Source of the DNA: Mnemiopsis leidyi
Lineage: Eukaryota
Direction: 5' to 3'
NCBI GenBank assembly: GCA_048537945.1
Contig: CM108484.1
Coordinates: forward strand, 4,146,494 to 4,210,493
Length of the DNA: 64,000 nucleotides
The position numbers and the translations under genes were made by a program. Numbering within the stretch: the first letter of the stretch is position 1; each line of letters begins with the position of its first letter. Below the pieces are notes generated by a model that saw nothing but the letters and a program-made list of their open reading frames with translations, did not search any database and was not told where the DNA came from. Of this stretch, positions 34,831 through 45,760 are shown piece by piece.

Positions 34831-35077
34831 GTAGTTCGACTTCTACTTCATCTAACGGAATTGCAGGTCTACCGGAATTGCACACTTTATCTTTCATGTT
34901 ATATCGAGACATCGGAGTCCTTTCAAATTTATATAAAAAACAGTTATTGGTTCGATTCATTGTCCAACGGTTTTAAAGATTTCTGAATCATGAACTTGAG
35001 TTTTTTTGTGGTTAATCTTTCTACCCGTTTTCTGGTGATTATGTTTTCTATTCCCCTAATATTGTTATCTTCTGCAG

Positions 35078-35284
35078 ATATCAAGTTCTCAGTGGAAGTG
35101 ATAGTGTCAGGTAGCAACACCACCAACCTGTGTAGGATCGGAGTTATGGATAAATGTGGAAACATCTCACGTTGGACTTTACAGGATGATGATGTCCAGT
35201 TAACCTCTGAGATTGAGTGTCCTAAGAAAACCAAATGTTTTGCATTGCTAGCTCCCAGAGGGAACCAAGAGAGCACTTTACACG
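35078..35284 (+). CDS. TEP1: TEP1 exon 7, phase 1/1
   Basis: The acceptor is ttctgcag|atatc and the donor is ttacacg|gtaaga. It encodes DIKFSVEVIVSGSNTTNLCRIGVMDKCGNISRWTLQDDDVQLTSEIECPKKTKCFALLAPRGNQESTLH. Confidence 0.5.
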
Positions 35285-35418
35285 GTAAGAGTATCCGATT
35301 TAGAAATATAAAACTGTTCTGCTATACGTGTGGATAGTTTCAGAAGGTAACCTGAAGTTTGACATACCTGAAGTTTGACATAAAAAACCCTGCTTCTGAA
35401 ACCTGAATTTAATTTCAG

Positions 35419-35583
35419 TTCCAGAGAACCCGGCTGGAATACGACATTGTCTCACATCCAATAAATTCATTGTGGAGATATTTACGACATTCCAAGATCC
35501 CAAAGCTCCCTTTTCCACTATGTTCAGAGTTTACACTCACGACTCTCAGCAGACTTACATGGAGTGTTCTCTACCTTATGGTG
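35419..35583 (+). CDS. TEP1: TEP1 exon 8, phase 1/1. This is the least certain exon.
   Basis: The acceptor is aatttcag|ttcc and the donor is tatggtg|gtaggt. It encodes VPENPAGIRHCLTSNKFIVEIFTTFQDPKAPFSTMFRVYTHDSQQTYMECSLPYG. This frame was chosen because it keeps splice phase continuous from exon 7 into exon 9; the alternative ORF frame at 35470..35763 does not. Confidence 0.4.
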
Positions 35584-35860
35584 GTAGGTGACGGGGACAC
35601 TCTGATAGAACAGGGGTTTTGTGTTCTTGTTCCTCATCTTGGAACAGTTCTGTTAATGTGCTTTACACGACCTGCCTTGTTTAATACACGCCTCCTTGTT
35701 AACACATACCTCTTTGTATGTAGGACCAATATTGGCGAACAACTAAAGTTCAAAACTCAGTAATTCCGTATTTTTCTGTTATTTGACATAGAATTGTGAG
35801 AACTGAGCCTCTACATTTACCTCAATCCAACATCTATATTAACGTGAAAACATATTTCAG

Positions 35861-36067
35861 CGATAATATCGTACGCGGACCTAACAACGGAAGACATCCT
35901 GATTATTGGTACTGCTAATTCTGGAATGATGCACGTGTGGAACATCAAGACGAGAAAGAGGATGCCTTCCTCCTCAACCGTCGTCATCAAAGATAAAATC
36001 AACCCTGGTCAATACTTGACTTCTGCTGCATTCTATGATGGCAAGAATATCATGGGACTTTCTTCAG
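35861..36067 (+). CDS. TEP1: TEP1 exon 9 (WD40), phase 1/1
   Basis: The acceptor is catatttcag|cgataat and the donor is tcttcag|gtaaag. It encodes AIISYADLTTEDILIIGTANSGMMHVWNIKTRKRMPSSSTVVIKDKINPGQYLTSAAFYDGKNIMGLSS. Confidence 0.6.
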
Positions 36068-36295
36068 GTAAAGTGCAGAAATTTCGTGTTATTTTAATGC
36101 TTTTTAGACTACTGAACACTTTTAGACTCTCTTTCTAAGTTTCTAAGACCATTGCACGGATCGCAAGGATCACACAGATAAGATAGGATTATCTCAAGCC
36201 AAAAAGTAAGATTTAAAATAGCTACATTATAAGTATCTTTTTGACAGTATGAGAGACATTTTCATCATCCTATTTAAACATTATTGCCCTTCTAG

Positions 36296-36438
36296 GTTAT
36301 ATAAGCGTCCCCGCTAAAAGAAGAGTTAAAATAGTTTACGAGAAAGTTTTCAACTCGGCTGTTACTGCTATGGAATGTGAGACGGATAGCGAGGGTCAAC
36401 TGGTTATCTTCGCTGGAAGTAAAGACGGCGTTCTGAAG
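36296..36438 (+). CDS. TEP1: TEP1 exon 10, phase 1 in and 0 out
   Basis: The acceptor is cccttctag|gttat and the donor is ctgaag|gttggt. It encodes GYISVPAKRRVKIVYEKVFNSAVTAMECETDSEGQLVIFAGSKDGVLK. Confidence 0.55.
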
Positions 36439-36506
36439 GTTGGTAGAAATAAACTACTTTCTAATTTTTCTGATCAACACCATGATAATAACGTTAGTGA
36501 AAAGTA

Positions 36507-36790
36507 CAAAAATCGATACCAATATCAACACTAACTAAAAACAAATCATTACCAATATAAACACTAACTAAAAACAAATCCTTATCAATATCAACAGTAA
36601 CTAAAAACAAATCAGTACCAATATAAACACTAACTAAAAACAAATCCTTATCAATATCAACAGTAACTAAAAACAAATCAGTACCAATATCAACACTAGC
36701 TAAAACAAATTAGTACCAATATAAATACTAACTAAAACAAATCAGTACCCATATCAACACTAACTAAAACAAACAAATTTGTCTAATATT
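36507..36790. repeat. 33-bp tandem repeat (taccaatat.aacactaactaaaaacaaatc..), ~8.5 copies, inside TEP1 intron 10
   Basis: Direct reading. It generates the spurious ORF 36494..36676 on the minus strand. Confidence 0.85.
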
Positions 36791-36960
36791 AACACTAACC
36801 GATGCAGAAGATCGGGGGTTCAATTCCCAGATCCGCCAATCCTAGAGGAGTGCGCTAAGGGCATTTGCCTATGCAATCTTCTTCGGTCGACTTAGCCGAA
36901 TGACCGGGAAACCGTGATTGAGGGTTAAATGAGGAGGGTCTCCGTTAAAAGATCTAGAAT
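36790..36960 (+). mobile_element. SINE-like element (tRNA-related 5' part, with a gattgagggttaaatgaggag core) in TEP1 intron 10
   Basis: It shares the core (t)gagggttaaatgag.ag with the element at 41735..41960. Its 5' end has a tRNA T-arm-like gggggttcaattccc. Confidence 0.4.
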
Positions 36961-37045
36961 CTTCCAGGAGCTCCTTCAGTATAACTGTAAAAGCCTGGGT
37001 ACAGGTGTAACAAATACAAATACTAACTACTGTCCTTCCCAACAG

Positions 37046-37291
37046 GTACTGACGGCCGAACTGAAAGTTATAGGAATGTATCACACAAACGGACCAGTCA
37101 CCACACTGCGTGTGCTGAGGAACTCTACAAAACGCTGGGTGGCGAACCGTGTCTACGTTGTTGTGGGAGATAAGTGTGGGTGCGTGCACTTCCTGAAGTG
37201 GTTTCCACCTAGACGGCAAATCTCTTCTGTTGAAACTGTTGAAACTGTTGAAACTGTTGAGGATGTAGAGATGGTGGAAGAGGATTGGTGA
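37046..37291 (+). CDS. TEP1: TEP1 terminal exon, phase 0, with a TGA stop at 37289..37291
   Basis: The acceptor is ccttcccaacag|gtactg. It encodes VLTAELKVIGMYHTNGPVTTLRVLRNSTKRWVANRVYVVVGDKCGCVHFLKWFPPRRQISSVETVETVETVEDVEMVEEDW*. The 11-exon model sums to 7101 nt, or 2366 aa, against ~2627 aa for human TEP1. All splice phases are consistent across the model. Confidence 0.6.
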   Translation, partial: VLTAELKVIGMYHTNGPVTTLRVLRNSTKRWVANRVYVVVGDKCGCVHFLKWFPPRRQISSVETVETVETVEDVEMVEEDW

Positions 37292-39560
37292 CTTTGCAAG
37301 CTAGATGAGATAGGCTAACAGTGGATGTACAAGATAGAGGTATTTAGACTCTAGTTGACTGTAGTTGGGTGGTCTGGACTCTGGGGGTCCGGTCTGGGAC
37401 TCAGGACAACTCATGGTGATGCCTGGTCTGCGGAGCAACTTTACTATTTTATAAGGTAGAAGGTAGTTAGATTGTGTTATCAGCTTGGGCTGGGAAGTAG
37501 TTTTAATGGTTACCTTGATGGTAATCCTGAATTTTTGGTAATCACTGTTTTAGAAGAAATTAATCTGTAATTAAAGAACTATGTCTATTGATCTTATAAT
37601 CAAAACTGTAATTCAAACTTATGTAGTGTTAGTGTTATTAATCGTGTGATCTATTGATTCAGTACATTCAGTATATTATTGATGCAAGTGTGTTAGATAT
37701 TATCTAGATATATTTACGGTATTGAGGTATGCGGTGACATGGGAGAAGCTAAAGTCAGAAGTCGGAGTAAAGCCAAATATACATTGTACATTGTGTGTTA
37801 GATAACACTCTACACGGTTTGGCAGCGTGCCAGTAACCAGGGTTACTAAGTCCATTGTACTACGTGTTGTATACATTCTATTGAGTGTACATTGTGCATT
37901 GTATAAAGTGTACTTCTCCTATAAAGTGTACATTGTATATTTTATACAAATGTTGCTGAGGTCATGTTGTGAATCACGCTATCTGGATATCAGTCCAGCT
38001 ATGTGACATCACTACTAACTCAACTCCACATCCTGTATAGATAAACATTCTTCTGTCAAGAATTTCTTGGAATTGAGCCGTTTACACAATCGTGTCCATA
38101 TTTTGCACTAACTACTACGTGAACAATGTACAATTATTATACATTGCTCCTCGGTGTAATGTATAAAAGAGTGTATCTACTGTACCTTGTGGAGAGCTGG
38201 TCATAATTGAAACACGAACTCAGAAAGAAATTCCAAGAAATTTGACCCGACTATCTGTACTAAGTGCTATTGATAAGGGGGTTTCAATTTTTTTGTAGTT
38301 CCTCCCTTTATTTTAGTGTTTCATTTTTAATGCCCTCACTCTTATGTACATTGTATTAGCTACAAATTGTATTTTAACGAAATCGTTTTTATAATTTTTG
38401 CTCTACGAAAGTCAGAATAACTTATTTAAAGATCAATTAAATTTATTTACTTATAATATGATATCCGAACACAACTTTTTAGAAGTATTAGACCAACAAA
38501 CGGGGTGGACTTCTCTAGAAGTTGTTTGTTATTTAGGATTGGTTATTCGTTGGTATTATACATTTGTGATGTTATCCATTTATAACATAAATACATGTTG
38601 GCGTCATAGTGTCATAATTGTGTTTGTGACAATATGATCATAGCCCTGTGAATGTATATGATATTGGGAAAAGATGCCTGTGTATCTATGGTTTGTTGAG
38701 ATGTACTTATATTGTAGTAAGTTCATTTATTCACTTCGAGATCTAACGCTACCTGACGTTTCATGTCAGCTTTGTTACTTCTCGAGTTTTCCCTTGTAAG
38801 TTGGCCCGTTTGTTTGTTTGCTTGTATGTTTGTATGTTTGTTTGTCCGTCTGTTTGTTTGTTTGTAATTCCGGGACTTGTTTGTTGACATTGTTCCCTCA
38901 CTCACACAAACACATAATCTCGAGTGTAATCTCTACATGTCATGTCTTCATGACAATACACACGATATCTATGTCACATGATGTACATGACAACATTAAC
39001 AATATAATACACGCACATACTTGAAATTTATCTGCTGGTTTACACAGTGTGTATTTACACATAATGTGTAGAATGTGTAACTCTAATTGTGTAAAACACT
39101 GTATACACTGATCGGTAATGCAAATGTATGTAGTGTATACTGTGTAATGTACAATTGTATCTTTAGCCTCATGAACAAAACATGTGTGTGGTCTACAAAG
39201 GGTAATGTATATAGGGGTAAGTACATGTATATAAGGGTAAGTACATGTATAATGTATATAAGGGTAAGATGTGCTCTGTGTTATGAATAAAACCATGTTA
39301 CACCGCACCACCAGCCCCTCTCTTCACGCCCATTAGCTACCTAACCTCCTGTGTTTGTGTGTCATGAGTCCTACATCTCGATCTGGAACTTTCTCCTTCT
39401 TACACAAGATTGAATTATTTTCTCTTCCTTAAAGTTAAGACAGAACACCTCTACATCTGTGTAATGAAGTTTGTTCTTTGTTAACCAGCTAATGTGCTGT
39501 CTACCTTGCTTACTGATTTCCTGTCTACAGAAAGTTCTGTAGACTTGTGGCTAACCACTA

Positions 39561-40215
39561 CTGATACCCGTGCTACTGTCTTCAGTAACTACTAATGTGA
39601 AACTTGTTATTATTACTGATACCCGTGTCACTGTCTTCAGTAACTACTAATGTGAAACTTGTTATTATTACTGATACCCGTGCTACTGTCTTCAGTAACT
39701 ACTAATGTGAAACTTGTTATTATTACTGATACCCGTGTCACTGTCTTCACTAACTACTAATGTGAAACTTGTTATTATTACTGATACCCGTGTCACTGTC
39801 TTCAGTAACTACTAATGTGAAACTTGTTATTATTACTGATACCCGTGTCACTGTCTTCACTAACTACTAATGTGAAACTTGTTATTATTACTGATACCCG
39901 TGTCACTGTCTTCACTAACTACTAATGTGAAACTTGTTATTATTACTGATACCCGTGTCACTGTCTTCACTAACTACTAATGTGAAACTTGTTATTATTA
40001 CTGATACCCGTGTCACTGTCTTCACTAACTACTAATGTGAAACTTGTTATTATTACTGATACCCGTGTCACTGTCTTCACTAACTACTAATGTGAAACTT
40101 GTTATTATTACTGATACCCGTGCTACTGTCTTCACTAACTACTAATGTGAAACTTGTTATTATTACTGATACCCGTGCTACTGTCTTCAGTAACTACTAA
40201 TGTGAAACTTGTTAT
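39561..40215. repeat. 55-bp tandem repeat, ~12 copies (ctgatacccgtg..actgtcttca.taactactaatgtgaaacttgttattatta)
   Basis: Direct reading. Two unit variants are seen: gctact/gtcact and cag/cac. Confidence 0.9.
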
Positions 40216-41734
40216 TAAGTACCACATGTCTGCACTGGCTATTGTAACTCCGCAGAGCTCCGATCTGTCTGTATCGGTTATTGTAGTCTTCTTCTCGTTC
40301 TACCTATTGTCTTAACAACACTGCGCCGCTCTGATGATCTGTTTTCACAAAAAGTAGGTTTCATCTTCACAATGTGTGTTGTCATGGAGATTTACACTAC
40401 ATTGTGTCATGTTGTCATGGAGATTTACACTACATTGTGACGTGTTGTCATGGAGATTTTCACAATGTAAAGTAGCTGTGTTGTGTTATCATCTTTATTT
40501 CACTTCGTATCGTGTGGTGACCTGTGACCTGTATCTTAACAATGTCTGGAATCTCTCCCTGGATCATTGTCAGCTAGAGCTCGAGCTGTGTTTGTGTGCG
40601 TGTTGTGACCTTACGACTCCCAAAAGTCGAAAGTTGTCAGTTCGTCAATGTTCATTTTACGTGTTTTGATTTTCGAGATCTTTACTATTTAGTGATTACA
40701 TTATAGTATGTTGTTAACTTTTTTAGAGAGTTGTGTAGTTTTAGTAACATTGTTTTAGCGTTATATCCTTAAGTTTAATAGTTACTTTAGCTGTGCTAAT
40801 GAGGTATTGCACTTATTACCTGTATTTTGAGAAAGCTGTTTAATTGAGCTAGTTTTTCTTGAAAATTTAGTTTTACTTGTTTAATTCTAATGAGACGACT
40901 CAATTTACTCAAGCCGATTACAGCCACTGTAACTGAAACTCTTAATTACTAAATATAGGTATGTGGTTTTAATTTTTTGTAAATACTGGAAAGCCAGCTC
41001 GTGGAGGATTATTAGGCTATAAACACTTACAACTCTGTGTTTTAGGAAGACTATGACATGAAGAACTTTAGCACGGTGAGTCATACTTGATAATTATTTT
41101 TTTCAACATTTTTTCCAACGTTTCTTGTTTCTAAATGTGTTGCTTGTACTGCAGTAACTTTTGCACTTGTATAAATTAAAGAATCAGTTTTACACACCCA
41201 CTTGAAGCTTCATGGGTACAAGTTAAACTACGCAAATACCTAAAAATAGATTCATGTTTTTTACAATAATATTGCTTGATGTTACATCAAATTTTATGGT
41301 TTAAAACAGTCCCACTGTTCATTTAATGTGGTTTTTCCTGTGAAACTGTACATTCCAAGACAGTGTACATTGTACATGTATAAAGTGTATTTGTATACAA
41401 TACACACTGTCTTGTGAACAACCAATCTCGAAATACACCAAATTTTTCAATAAATTGGGTGATAATTAGTGTCAATTCAAACTATATGTAAAACAGTTAG
41501 GTCCGACTTCACAAAGGGGACAGTTTAAGTCACACAACCCTCTGGTAACCTCACAATCCTACTTGTAGATAACAGTTCTAATTGTGGAGCTCACTTTGTG
41601 AGCTGATTTTATCTTGTTGTGTGATGAATACTATGCTTACTGGAACTTTCCTGTACTTACCAGTACTTACTTGTCTGTCTTACTGGTACACTTACTGGTG
41701 CACTAACCGGTACACTTACTGTTACACTAACTTA

Positions 41735-41960
41735 ATGGCTTAGTGGCGCGGTCGGTTAAATCGTCTGTCTGCTAATCGAAAGGTTAGCAGTTCTATTCTC
41801 AGCTGCGGCACTGGCCATGGGGTGAGCATCGTTGATGCTCAGCTAAGGATTCCGTTGGATCTATGCAGCCCCACGGTCCACTCAGCCAAATGTTCGGATG
41901 TGAGGGTTAAATGAGTAGCTGCCCATTTCAGCGAAGTCTCGGGCGATGAAAGTATGGTAC
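41735..41960 (+). mobile_element. tRNA-derived SINE with a conserved central domain (ccactcagc...gggttaaatgagtag, reminiscent of the Deu-domain). It is inserted into a (ggtacacttact)n minisatellite.
   Basis: The 5' part is ggcttagtggcgcggtcggttaa...ggttagcagttc (A/B-box-like). It shares its core with 36790..36960. The flanking minisatellite is present on both sides, at 41640..41733 and 42090..42140. Confidence 0.45.
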
Positions 41961-44900
41961 ACACTACCTTAACCGTCACTGGCGTGTATGTATAATTGTA
42001 CATTCGGACTCCTGTAATTGGCCGTTACACTTGTGTAACATGTGGCTGTTGGAGTGTCCGAGTTAAAATAAGTATAAGATTAAAAAAACTGGTACACTAA
42101 CTGGTACACTTACTGGTACACTTACCAGTACACGTATACATATATTTACACATTTTGTCGGACATATTTTCAGTTGCGCCGCATGCTCAGATTATTTATT
42201 ACGTAAACACACAGTAAATCGCGTGACTGTGTGTTTTACCTTTCAACACAAAACCTAATGTAGTAACCTGCACTGTACAGTCAGTAGGCACGACGAGCCT
42301 GACACAACATAAAACCGCATGGAACTAGAAACTAGGACTTAAAACCTGGATATCGCTTTCGGAAAATCGCACTTTCGCACTTTCGCACTGTACACGCTAC
42401 ACATGTCAATTTGGCTGCGTTGTTGGCAGCAGTTTGCGATTTTGCCTAGCCTGATACAAGCATCCATACAACTGACAATAACATAATTGGTAGCGTTTCA
42501 ACTGACATTGTTATTTCCTTGTGTTTGTCAGTAATTGCCGCGTCCACACTACACCACAAATATTTGGATTGATATTCCGAATTGCCGCACGTGCACCGAG
42601 AAGTTATGTCCCGAATTTCCGTAACAATCTCCGAGAATTTCCCAGCATCATCCGCCAGGGAACTCACCAATCAATCTTACAACGTTTATCACAAAAGTAA
42701 CCTAATCAGTACGTGGTTGAAAGAAGGCTTGCTAATAGGGTATAATCTCGGCTTGGGGCGTCAAGCTGGTAGTTTGGCACGGGGAAGAAGCGACGTTTCA
42801 TTTCGCTAATCTATATTGACACTTTTCTTTGTCTTGAAATGTAGTAGTAGTACCCACCCACCCACTCAGGTGTTGTGAGATCGCTCTGTCACTTTGGTTT
42901 CGTGAAATTGTGCGGTTTCTTGGTTCTAGTACATACTGTCGGAGATTATTCTAGTTTCGATAGAAATTCTTTTTCCAAATTTTCTATTTTTTGTTAAATC
43001 TTTCCTGCTGCTCCGCTTAATTTTGAAGTATTAACTATGATATAAAGTATCGGTAGCTATATTTATACATGATGTAGTTATATATAGAGCGCTAGAGCAG
43101 TGAGAGCTATATGAATTGATACATACCACAACACTGAACTAGGAAACACCGACTCTCTCTGAGCTCTCTCTACAATGATGTGAAGACTAGAACCGAATTA
43201 TAGTCCTTATAATGTATTTATAGATCAGAGATTCAAGCTTTTTGCACTGCAGACTACATTATTTGGCCTTTTTGTTCTTTTTTCTGTTGTTTTTTCGTTG
43301 TTTTGCCGTATCTCTAGGATCCACTTTGATGTTAATTATTTAGGAGACGTGATATTACTTTTAGAGGAGTGCAAATTATCATTTGTTGTGTTTGTTGCAG
43401 TTTAATTTTATCACGATACGTCTTCTGTATCAATAGAAGAGGGCCTCCCTCAGTTAAGACTTAGGCAGCTTATGTTTACTGCTTGTCATTCCTATCGTTT
43501 CCTAAAAACCAGAAAACCTGGCAGCTGTGCAACTTTAAAACTGTGTCACATTGACCACTGAAACTCTGCTTGAAGTGTATTTTTGTCATGTCATGACATG
43601 TGTCATTCTGGAGGAACCCTCCTCTTCTTATCTTGTCACATTACACCGTGTTTCTGTGTGTTACCTAACAAGCTTCGTTCTGTCATGATATCACTGGTAA
43701 TGATAATGTGTCAGTGCTGGCCGAGAACTTGTTTCTTGCTTCTTTCTTGTCTAGACTTGACATTTTGATTGCTGGTCGGGATATAAAGACTTTGTAATAT
43801 TCAAGTCCGTTTCCAATTTGGTCGTCAGGTTTACATTCCAGACATCCTCCGGTACTTCATTCTGATTGGATAAGGTGTAGTCACGTGTCTAAAATCCTGG
43901 TTTTCCATTGGTGGATATTTTGGCATGTGGGTTAGCTGAACAATTCTATTGGCCATAAATCTGTCATGTGGTCACCACTTTTTGCTTGTACATGATCTAA
44001 AATCGTTTTGATATCGTTTCTTGGTATATATCACATAGCGTTTTACTGCTTCTGGTCTGGTTGTATAACTATTCAATATTCATGAAGGGCAGTTTTGTAA
44101 CTAATCTTCTAAGGTGTAGTCTAACATAATTCTGGAAATCCAATTCAAAACCACACAGCAGTTTGTAGACCATAAAATAAGAAAGAGGTTCATGTGTATG
44201 TTTGCCTTCGCTTATTGATGATCGCAACACCATTTCCCTATGCATGAGCTCCTGTTGTAAATTAATTCGTGCAGAATTGTCCCAAAAGGCATGTCTCTAG
44301 AAAGGTAGGGTAAATTCTTTATGTAGTGCGGGTCCATTGTGTTTCACATGGTGCCTTACGTCATAATTTTTGGACAATGTGCTTCTAGTAAAACTTGCGA
44401 AATTACTTCTTTAGTCTTAAAGAAAGTTGCTTCCTTGCTGAGGAAACCAGGCAACCTCAAACAATTATTCCCTGATTCAGAACTTCTTTACTTTCTTGGA
44501 AAATCTGAAACAGCAGTGAACGTTTCATTTTTTAGAGACTTTCTTTTGAGTGTCTTGAGGCACTGTTTCTTACCACTCCAATTAAGGTAGTTGGCAAACT
44601 TATTCTACTACTTATTTTTTCCGCGATATTTTCTTATTTACAACGCGATACCATACTCTTTGACTGATTCTTCGGTTGAATTACCAGACCTGATGAAAGT
44701 AATTGAGATCTAGTGACGTGTTACTAGTCGTCACATGTTACTATAGTCGTCACACCTCATATGTTACTATAGTCGTCACACCTCCCACTTCACAATACAA
44801 ACTACCTTAACTACCTGACCTACTATCTCGCCAGTGAATGTGTACAATATACTGTGCACCGACTTACTAAGCACATAAATCGTAGTTTCTACTGTTTGCG

Positions 44901-45344
44901 ATCGTCCAATGTGTTGTATGTATCGGCTCTCTTACAGTTCGCTTACTGCTGTCATTTTCTTTATCAAGTGTTGAGTTTTAAAGTGCTACAAATTAATAAC
45001 ATTTAATGAGGCTCTAGAGTTAAAGTTTTGTTAATCTTGTGTCGTTCCCTTCTGTGTTCAAACCAATCGTATTGAGTTTATTTTACTTAGTGTTCTTAAG
45101 CCTCTTGGGAATTATCTTCTTTACATTTTAATTTTGTTGCAATTGCCTTATACTACACAATTGTCTATTCCGGGCGTTTCTTATATGACTTGATTACATT
45201 AATAACCAAAAAACTGGCAGTATAATTTTGATGTAGTCGGACACTTAACACCAAAAAGAAAAGTTTGCATAAATATCTTGGAATAAATGTGGAATCTTTA
45301 ATCCGGTTTTTTTATTCCATCAAAAACTTGGATTTAAACAAGTT

Positions 45345-45760
45345 CCCAGCTTAATGTAAAGGTTGCACTAAAGATTGGACTGCACGGAACCCCTTAGCTT
45401 CCATTCCTTGTTTAACATGCCGTACAGCAAGGATTTCCACTAAGTTCGCCAGGCTAGGCACATATCCAGATCTTTAGTGCAGAAGTAGTATATATACTTT
45501 TGCATCGGTGTATTAAATTTCCTTGTGTTTCAAATGTGATAACACAGTACTCTTCAATCGATGCGAGATGTTAATAACAAGCTAGTCGTTATGTGAGCAA
45601 CGGGGCGGAGGAACCGCCACCAGTACGTCTCACCGGACTACTGAATTAATGTAAAGGTTGCACTAAAGATTGGACTGCACGGAACCCCTTAGCTTCCATT
45701 CCTTGTTTAACATGCCGTACAGCAAGGATTTCCACTAAGTTCGCCAGGCTAGGCATGAAG
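45345..45760. repeat. Two ~110-bp direct repeats (45345..45455 and 45650..45760) flanking ~195 bp
   Basis: ttaatgtaaaggttgcactaaagattggactgcacggaaccccttagcttccattccttgtttaacatgccgtacagcaaggatttccactaagttcgccaggctaggca occurs twice, nearly identically. Confidence 0.8.

Noticed and set aside
35470-35763. 97-aa ORF overlapping TEP1 exon 8 in a different frame
   Set aside because: It reads through the gtaggt donor and has random-looking composition. The alternative frame keeps splice phase consistent from exon 7 through exon 9.
36929-37045. N-terminal part of ORF 36929..37291 (MRRVSVKRSRIFQELLQYNCKSLGTGVTNTNTNYCPSQQ)
   Set aside because: It overlaps the intronic SINE and precedes a strong acceptor at 37045. 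Only 37046..37291 is accepted as the terminal TEP1 exon.
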